From: a bacterium
GTDB taxonomy: Bacteria; Sysuimicrobiota; Sysuimicrobiia; Sysuimicrobiales; Humicultoraceae
Assembly: GCA_041497675.1 (NCBI GenBank)
Contig: JBGQGY010000095.1
Location: 1 to 14,928, forward strand
Reading direction: 5' to 3'
DNA: 14,928 nt
In this document: positions 1-6,400 of the stretch, piece after piece
Layout: each line of letters opens with the position of its first letter
Position numbering within the stretch: the stretch's first letter is position 1
Position numbers and translations under genes: made by a program
Notes under the pieces: model-generated
The model's input: only the letters and a program-made list of their open reading frames with translations
Told to the model about the DNA's origin: nothing
Databases searched by the model: none

Positions 1-228
1 CGCCGGCTGCAGGTGCAGGTGTTTGGGAAGGAACGTGCAGTGGCGACGGCACTGGGACACGCGCGGTATGACCGCGTGGTCGCAGGACTGGGCGGGCACG
101 GCGAGCACGTGACGAGGCCGGACGACATCCGGCCCGCGCTCCAGCGGGCGCTGGAATCGGGATTGCCGGCGCTGGTGAACGTGAAGATGGGCGCCAGCAG
201 TTTTCGCGCCGGGGCGATCAGCGTGTAG
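1..228 (+). CDS. C-terminal fragment of a thiamine-pyrophosphate-dependent enzyme (acetolactate synthase-like / 2-hydroxyacyl-CoA lyase / oxalyl-CoA decarboxylase family); 5' end outside window
   Basis: Frame open from base 1 to TAG at 226-228. [40 protein letters not shown] matches the TPP-enzyme C-terminal domain pattern (YD..A.ALGG.G..V.....L.PAL.RA..SG.PA.VNV). Confidence 0.85.
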   Translation, partial: RRLQVQVFGKERAVATALGHARYDRVVAGLGGHGEHVTRPDDIRPALQRALESGLPALVNVKMGASSFRAGAISV

Positions 229-231
229 CGA

Positions 232-414
232 TCACGCTTGCGGCTTGTCCGTCTTGTCGTCCTTGATCTCGTTCACCGATTCACTCATCGCATTACGGAA
301 CTCTTTGATCGTCTTCCCGGCCGCCGCGCCCAGACCCGCGAGCTTGCTCGGGCCAAAGAGCAGCAGCAGGACCACCAAGATGATCATCCATTCGCCGATC
401 CCCACATTTGGCAT
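232..414 (-). CDS. tatA: Twin-arginine translocase TatA/TatE subunit (60 aa)
   Basis: MPNVGIGEWMIILVVLLLLFGPSKL..LG...GKTIKEFRNAM: short N-terminal TM helix, FG hinge, amphipathic helix ending EFR, charged tail. ATG at 414-412 has GGAGG 8 nt upstream, so it is preferred over the ORF-track start at 429. Confidence 0.93.
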   Translation of the reverse strand: MPNVGIGEWMIILVVLLLLFGPSKLAGLGAAAGKTIKEFRNAMSESVNEIKDDKTDKPQA

Positions 415-437
415 AGACAAACCCTCCACCCACCATC

Positions 438-466
438 TTACAACCCCGGCCCAGATAGCGTATACT
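438..466 (+). promoter_or_regulatory. Putative sigma70/sigmaA promoter for the riboswitch-thiT transcript
   Basis: TTACAA (438-443), 17-nt spacer, TATACT (461-466), ~28 nt upstream of the riboswitch P1 helix. Confidence 0.5.
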
Positions 467-493
467 CACAGCGAACCCAATTTCATATGGCAC

Positions 494-597
494 CGCTGGG
501 GGAGCCCGAACGTCGGGCTGAGAGTGCGCGATCCTGCCCCGCAGGATGCACGCAGACCCCTACAACCCGATCCAGATCATGCTGGCGTGGGGAAGCG
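494..597 (+). ncRNA. TPP (THI-box) riboswitch aptamer
   Basis: P1 CGCT(494-497)/AGCG(594-597); GGGGAGCCCGA..TCGGGCTGAGA; extra hairpin ATCCTGC/GCAGGAT (531-547); GACCCC; ACCCGATCCAGATCATGCTGGCGTGGGGA against consensus ACCTGATCnGGnTAATnCCnGCGnAGGGA. Lies directly upstream of a thiamine transporter gene. Confidence 0.95.
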
Positions 598-603
598 TTC
601 GAA

Positions 604-640
604 CAGGTCACCCGCCCAGTCGGGTGACCTGATTACTTTA
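604..640 (+). terminator. Riboswitch expression-platform terminator hairpin
   Basis: Perfect 11-bp stem CAGGTCACCCG (604-614) / CGGGTGACCTG (621-631) with a 6-nt loop, then AT-rich ATTACTTTA (imperfect U tract). Confidence 0.75.
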
Positions 641-654
641 TAGAGGGGATGAGG

Positions 655-1194
655 ATGACGACTCAAACACTGCGATCACGCACATGGGACACCAGGTTCG
701 TCGCCGAGGCCGGAGTCAGCATCGCCCTGGCCGGCGCGCTGCACCTGGTCAAGCTATGGCAAATGCCACAGGGCGGCTCGATCACGCTTGGGACCATGGT
801 GCCGCTCTTCATCCTGGCGCTGCGGCGGGGACCGGTGGCGGGCTCCGTGGCCGGCGCGGTCTACGGTATCCTTGAAGGCTGGATCCTCAGCGGCGGGAAG
901 AACTTCTTTTATCCGGTTCAGGTGATCCTTGACTATCCCGTCGCGTTTGGCCTGCTGGGTCTCGCCGGCTTCTTCCCCAAGACCCCGGCGTTTGGAGTGC
1001 TGATCGCGTCACTGGCGCGGTATGGCGCGCACGTCCTCTCGGGCATCCTCTTCTTTGGCCAGTACGCCAAGGGCCCGGTCGTTCTCTACTCGCTCACCTA
1101 CAACGCTTTGTACCTGCTTCCCGACTTCATCATTGCGATCGTGCTGACGCTCTTAGTGTGGGAGCGCCTCCAACGTCTTCAACCCTCGAGGTGA
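655..1194 (+). CDS. thiT: Energy-coupling-factor thiamine transporter S-component ThiT
   Basis: Hydrophobic ~180-aa protein with ThiT/YuaJ-type motifs MPQGGSIT..MVP......RRG...G..AG..YG and P.Q..LDYP.AF, and H.LSG..FF..YA; TPP riboswitch upstream. ATG 655 has AGAGGGG 6 nt upstream; ATG 649 is the alternative. Confidence 0.92.
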   Translation: MTTQTLRSRTWDTRFVAEAGVSIALAGALHLVKLWQMPQGGSITLGTMVPLFILALRRGPVAGSVAGAVYGILEGWILSGGKNFFYPVQVILDYPVAFGLLGLAGFFPKTPAFGVLIASLARYGAHVLSGILFFGQYAKGPVVLYSLTYNALYLLPDFIIAIVLTLLVWERLQRLQPSR

Positions 1195-2479
1195 TGAGAT
1201 CCCACCAGCCGTCCTCTTCGATCTCCGAGAGGTCAAAGATCATGAGGCCGTCGGTGAGCCGTAAGGCGCTTTGGAGGGCGCGCCGGCCGCGCGTCCGGTC
1301 GTCCTTGTACAGACCAAGCCACACCGAGCCGATTAGGGGAAACCCTCCGGTCACCCGCCGAGCGAGCGCCGACCCGCCTGCGATGCTGGCCCACGGCGGC
1401 GCGTGCCGTCCCGCGGCCTCCCAGGGCGTGATCGACCGATAGTACAGACCGATCATCACGTAGTCCAGATCCGGCAGCAGGCTCGCGTCCGCCCACCCCT
1501 GACTCCAGACGGGGATCGCGCGCGGGGCCTCGGCGTGCGCCCAGTTTTGCCCAACCTCGAAGATCGTCGGATACCATGCTCCGACGTACATGCCGACGGC
1601 AACGCCGGGGCGCACCTGCCTCACCAGACGAGAGGCGGCGCGGACGTAGCCCTGGATCACCGAAGCCCGCCAGGCCACCCAGCTCGCGAAGAGCGGACCC
1701 GGGCGCAACGCCCCGGTCACGGTTTGCAGCACGTCCTGCGGCCATTGCGCCACCGGGCGGCCGAGACGGGCCTCGAACTGCGCCCGGCTGAGATCGGAGA
1801 AGTCGGCGTCCACACCGGGATACCGGGCCCGGTCGAGGATCACGCCGTCGACGTCGTAGCGCGAGACGATTTCCCACAACACGCCCAGCTCGTACAGTTG
1901 GGCCTCCGGGTGCGATGGGTTGACGAACGCGATCATCGTCGCGTTGGACGAGCGGACGAAGACCGGCTGCCCGCCCGGGCCCGACCGCAGGTGGATGCTC
2001 TCCCACTCCGGCCGGCGCTCGATGAGGCCGACGAGGGGTTGCGTCGGAGTCAGCCGCAGCCCCTCGCCGAAGGCGTTGACCGATGCATGAACGCGGAGGC
2101 CCGCGGCGTGCGCTTCGTCGATGAGCACCTGCAACGCGTCAAAGTCCTTTGGGTACCACTCGACCGGCGGCGGATACCCCGGACGCGCGACCGGTGAAGT
2201 CCGGATGTGCGGCGCAAACGCCGATTCGTAGATCACGAACCCCCACGCGTTCTTGGCCTCCGGGATCAGCGTGTCGAACCCCGCGGCGCGGGCGCGGACG
2301 ACAAGAGCCCGTATGCCCTCACGGGTGGATAGCGCCCGGAGGTTGGCCGACGTTTCGATCCACAGCGCTCGCCGCGGTAACCGACCAGACGACGGAATCT
2401 CGGCACGGGCGGCAGGCGCAGAGAGACCAAGGATCGTGACGAGGAGGAGAAATGGGGCCAGACCGGCGGTCAGACGCAT
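1130..2479 (-). CDS. Secreted glycoside hydrolase family 10-like protein (GHL10 / YddW / DUF187)
   Basis: Signal peptide MRLTAGLAPFLLLVTILGLSAPAARA|E. Motifs RALW, A..AGFDTL, FD.L..LIDEAHAAGLRVHA, FVNPSHPE, EIVSRYDVDGVILD..RYP, W..WR...I. The ORF-track extension to 2680 overlaps the csp gene and is rejected. Confidence 0.85.
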   Translation of the reverse strand: MRLTAGLAPFLLLVTILGLSAPAARAEIPSSGRLPRRALWIETSANLRALSTREGIRALVVRARAAGFDTLIPEAKNAWGFVIYESAFAPHIRTSPVARPGYPPPVEWYPKDFDALQVLIDEAHAAGLRVHASVNAFGEGLRLTPTQPLVGLIERRPEWESIHLRSGPGGQPVFVRSSNATMIAFVNPSHPEAQLYELGVLWEIVSRYDVDGVILDRARYPGVDADFSDLSRAQFEARLGRPVAQWPQDVLQTVTGALRPGPLFASWVAWRASVIQGYVRAASRLVRQVRPGVAVGMYVGAWYPTIFEVGQNWAHAEAPRAIPVWSQGWADASLLPDLDYVMIGLYYRSITPWEAAGRHAPPWASIAGGSALARRVTGGFPLIGSVWLGLYKDDRTRGRRALQSALRLTDGLMIFDLSEIEEDGWWDLITSRVEDVGGAPTLRASARSQ

Positions 2480-2487
2480 GCGCTCGT

Positions 2488-2496
2488 AGGATAACA
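2488..2496 (-). promoter_or_regulatory. Putative extended -10 promoter (TGn-TATCCT) for the GHL10 gene
   Basis: Minus strand reads TGTTATCCT, 8 nt before the ATG; no Shine-Dalgarno in between. Confidence 0.5.
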
Positions 2497-2525
2497 CCAC
2501 ACCCGGACCGGTGGGGCCCGCCTTA

Positions 2526-2554
2526 TTGCCCCCGCGGGCAATCGGTGAGACAAT
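2526..2554 (+). promoter_or_regulatory. Putative sigma70/sigmaA promoter of the cold-shock gene
   Basis: TTGCCC (2526-2531), 17 nt, GACAAT (2549-2554), with TG at 2546-2547 (extended -10). Confidence 0.55.
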
Positions 2555-2609
2555 GAGCCTGCGTCGCAGAACGAGTTGCGGTAGCTTCCAAGCAAAGGTG
2601 GCAAGGATG

Positions 2610-2816
2610 ATGGCAACAGGAACAGTGAAGTGGTTCAGCAGCGAGAAGGGGTACGGCTTTATCACGCCGGAGGATGGCACGAAGGACCTGTTTGTGCACT
2701 TCAGCGGAATCGAAGGTGAAGGCTACAAGTCCCTCGTCGAGGGGCAGAAGGTCGAATACACCCAGACGCAGGGGCAGAAGGGCCCGCAGGCCACAAAGGT
2801 CCGCCCGATCAGCTAG
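2610..2816 (+). CDS. cspA: Cold-shock protein (CSD family)
   Basis: [34 protein letters not shown] with RNP1 (KGYGFI) and RNP2 (LFVHF); SD AAAGGTGG at 2594-2601. Start is 2607 or 2610. The symbol is family-level only. Confidence 0.96.
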   Translation: MATGTVKWFSSEKGYGFITPEDGTKDLFVHFSGIEGEGYKSLVEGQKVEYTQTQGQKGPQATKVRPIS

Positions 2817-2843
2817 CCGCTTCGTAGCTGTCTCTGTTTCAAC

Positions 2844-2880
2844 AAACGTGCCCGGGCGACGAACTGCCCGGGCACGTTTT
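2844..2880 (+). terminator. Intrinsic terminator after csp (possibly bidirectional)
   Basis: 14-bp inverted repeat AAACGTGCCCGGGC (2844-2857) / GCCCGGGCACGTTT (2866-2879), ending in a T run. Confidence 0.85.
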
Positions 2881-2904
2881 GCTATGGAGCTGAGCGTCTA
2901 CTCC

Positions 2905-2938
2905 GAAAAGACGAGTGGCCCGCCGATTGGCGGGCCAC
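2905..2938 (-). terminator. Intrinsic terminator after the pilin gene
   Basis: 10-bp stem GTGGCCCGCC (2915-2924) / GGCGGGCCAC (2929-2938), 4-nt loop, followed on the minus strand by TCGTCTTTTC. Confidence 0.75.
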
Positions 2939-2965
2939 CCCAGTTCCGAACGAGTTGCTCTGGAC

Positions 2966-3403
2966 CTACAGACCGGAGGTCGCGCGTGTCGACGCGCCGG
3001 TGTTGTCCAACGTCACGTTGACCTGCTCTGCGCCCGTCAGGATCGCGCACTGCACCCGACCGGCGGTGTTGCCCGTTGCCCGCATCGTCACACCGGTGCC
3101 TGTGGCGGTCGGGATTGTAAACGTCCAGCAGGCCGTGCCCGGCGGCTGGAACCCGATCACGCCCGGGAACCCGGTGTCCAGATTCGTAAACGTGCTGTAC
3201 TGCTGGTAGTACGCCCAGGACAACGTCTTAATCTCCTGGAGCGCGTTGTCAGCTTCGGCCACCAGCGCGCTCTTGCGCGCGCCGAGGTACCGCGGAACCG
3301 CCAATGCGATGAGGATACCGAGGATTGCGAGTACGACGACGAGCTCGATAAGGGTAAAGCCACGCTCACTTTTGCGCTTCTTCTTCCAGATGGCCTGCAA
3401 CAT
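2966..3403 (-). CDS. Type IV prepilin (class III signal peptide, N-methylation motif), 145 aa
   Basis: MLQAIWKKKRKSERG|FTLIELVVVLAILGILIALAVPRY: basic leader, G|F cleavage site, E5, hydrophobic helix; two Cys in the C-terminal half. ATG 3403 follows purine-rich GGGGAGAAAGAGAG. Confidence 0.93.
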   Translation of the reverse strand: MLQAIWKKKRKSERGFTLIELVVVLAILGILIALAVPRYLGARKSALVAEADNALQEIKTLSWAYYQQYSTFTNLDTGFPGVIGFQPPGTACWTFTIPTATGTGVTMRATGNTAGRVQCAILTGAEQVNVTLDNTGASTRATSGL

Positions 3404-3495
3404 AACTCTCTTTCTCCCCGAGTGAATGTGCCCATCTTTGGGCACTCACCCCCACCGTGTTATTCCCCTCACCCGGTAGGCGTAGACGTGGCCAA

Positions 3496-6400
3496 TCAGG
3501 CAGTCGGCCCTCCCATCAGGACGTGGACCTCATGACGCAGGCCGTCATCGGCAAGCGGAATGACGGAAGGGTCCACCGCATGGCCGTCGAGTGTTGCCTG
3601 CGCGATGCCGCGAGAGTGCCGGCCTGGGTTCGCCACGTTGATCTCATAGCGCGTGTGACCGAGGCGCCAGGTGATCGAATATCCGGGCCAGGAGCCCGGA
3701 ATACACGGATCAATCGCGAACGTGGGACCGCGGCGCGTGAGCCCCAAAATGGACTCGATGCCCAGGCGGTAGAGCCATCCGGCCGATCCCGTATACCATG
3801 TCCAGCCTCCGCGCCCCACATGAAGCGGGTGGGCATACACGTCCGCCGCCACCACGTAGGGCTCCACCTTGTATCGCTCGACCTCCTGCATGGACCGCGC
3901 GTGGTTGATGGGGTTGAGCATGTGAAAGAGATCGACAGCCTCGTCCCCGTCACCGAGCTTCGCGATGGCCATGGCCGCCCAAATGGCCGCATGAGTGTAC
4001 TGGCCGCCGTTCTCACGAATGCCGGGCATGTAGCCTTTGATGTAGCCGGGGTCTTGCGTTGATTGATCGAAGGGTGGCGTCAAAAGCAAGATGACCTGCG
4101 CCGGGCGATGGATCAGGAGCGTCCGCACCGCGTCCATTGCACGCTCTGCGCGCTGAGCCGGAGCCGCGCCAGACAGGACGGCCCAGGACTGTGCAATCGA
4201 GTCGATCTTGCACTCATCGTTTTGCGCCGACCCCAGCGGCGTCCCGTCGTCGAAGTAGCCTCGCAGGTACCAGTCGCCATCCCACGCGAGTTCGAGGATC
4301 TGCGCGAGCCGCATCGCTTCGCTCCGGTACCGGGCCGCCCGGCTTTCGTTCGCGCGCGCCTCACAGAGCGGCGCGAACCGGCTGAGCACAGCGTACAGGA
4401 ACCACCCGAGCCATGTGCTTTCACCCTTCCCCAGATGCCCCACGCGATTCATCCCGTCGTTCCAGTCTCCGCTCCCGATCAGCGGCAATCCGTGTGCGCC
4501 GGCCGTGAGCGCGCGGTCGATCGCCCGCACGCAGTGCTCAAACAATGTTTCGCTCTGGGATGATGTCTGGGGGCTTCCGTAGGACTCGTCCTGCCCCGGT
4601 TCAAGGGGCGGCGCTTCCAAGAACGGCGCCGGCGCGTCAAGCACGCCCTGATCTCCAGTTGTCTCTATGTAGTGAGCGACCGCAAACGGTAGCCAGAGGA
4701 AATCATCCGAGCAACGGGTCCGTACCCCCACGCCGGTCTGCGGGTGCCACCAGTGCTGCACGTCCCCTTCGACAAACTGCCTGGCGGCCGCCCGGAGGAG
4801 ATGATCCCTCTGGAGGTCGGGCCTGACCAGGCTGAGCGCCATCGCGTCCTGGAGTTGATCGCGGAACCCGTACGCGCCTCCCGGCTGATAATATCCCGAG
4901 CGCGCCCACAACCGGCAGCCCAGATCCTGGTACAAGAGCCAGCGGTTCATGATCACGTCGAACGAGTCGTCGGGCGTGTGCACCTGGACGGCGTCGAGCA
5001 CCTCATCCCAGCGTGTCCGAACCGCCTCGGCCGCAGCGTCAGCGGCGGCCACGGTGCCGTGGCGCCGTATCAGTTCCTCGGCGTGCGCTCGGTCCGTCCC
5101 CTGCCCCAACAGCACGAGCAGCCGTCGTGTCTCCCCGGGCTGCAGGTCGATGCGCGTGTGGAGAGCCGCGCATGGATCCAGACCCGCGCCAACCCGACCC
5201 GACAGACGGCTGCGGCCAAGCGATGCGGGCCGCGCCGGTGAACCGTTGCGGCCCAGGAATTCGAGCCGGTCTCCACTGGCTGAGAACAGTTGCTCGCTGA
5301 GCTGGGCGAAGGCGATTCGGCCCCCGAACACCTGGTTGTAGGCGTTACGCGCCAGGATCGCGTGCAGCTCGTGATCGAGCTCGGTCACGACATGCAGGTG
5401 CTCACCGGCGCGGGGGGGCCCCAGCGCCCATTCGTGATAAGCGAACACGCTGAGGGTCAACCACCGATCCGTCTCGTTGGTGAGCGTCAACAGTGAGAAC
5501 TTCACTGGGTCGTCCGGGTGCACGAAGATGGATAGTTCCTGGGTGAGACCGCGCCTCATGTGCGAGAACCGGGTCATGCCGGCGGAGTGCCGCACCACCC
5601 ACCGGCCGCTGCGGCTGTCGCGGCGCATCGGTCCGGGTGTGGCCGTCCAAACGTCGCCCGTGGCCTCATCACGGAGGAAGATGGCCTCTGCGGTCGGATC
5701 GCCGATCGGATCGTTCGCAAAGGGAGTGAGCCGGTGCTCCCGGCTGTTCTCCGCCCAGGTAAACGCCGCCCCCGAGGCCGTCACGATGGTGCCGAACCCG
5801 GGATTCGCGAGCACGTTGGCCCACGGCAGAGGCGTCTCCTGGTCGCGCTCAAGCACGGCGACGTACTCCCGCCCTTCCTGCGCGAAACCACCCAGCCCGT
5901 TGGCGAGCAGGAGCGATGGCACTTCCGGTGCCGGGGCGACGATCCCCTCGGATCTGAACTCGGCGGGGCGACTGGGAACGAAGGCGGCAGGCCATGCAGA
6001 TTCCGCGGCGGGCACGCCAAGCTGGCTCGTCAGATCGCCGCGGTCGCCATCCAGCACCGCGCGTGCGGCAGCATGGAGGAGCACGCGGCTGGGCTCACCC
6101 AAACCATCTCCGCGCAGCAGGAACACGCCGCCGGGGCGACCTCTCCACGCCGCCCATGATCCGCTTTCAAGGAGACCCTCAAGTTGCTTCTGGACCTCAT
6201 CGCGGTAGCCGATCGAGTGATCGTTCAAGATCACCACGTCGGCGCTCAACCCGATCAGGCGCCAGTACTCTTGGGCCTTCAGGACCAGTTGCACCAACGG
6301 GAGCGCGTCCTCCTCTACCACCCGCACGAGGAGGATGGGGAGATCGCCGGAGATGCCGTGACGCCACAACTCCGGTTGGCCCAGCGTATTGCGCGCCAGG

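Noticed and set aside
2480..2680. 67-aa N-terminal extension of the GHL10 ORF, including RRR
   Set aside because: Overlaps the csp gene and its promoter; a clean Sec signal starts at 2479, so this is not a Tat substrate.
3404..3445. Longer pilin start MPKDGHIHSG
   Set aside because: Begins inside the leader dyad; ATG 3403 has a purine-rich RBS and gives a normal prepilin leader.
2820..3500. Attachment-site repeat, integrase, IS ends or CRISPR-like repeats bounding the glucan genes
   Set aside because: No copy of the tRNA 3' end, no regularly spaced repeats and no recombinase ORF seen by eye; the hairpins here are explained as terminators or leader structure.
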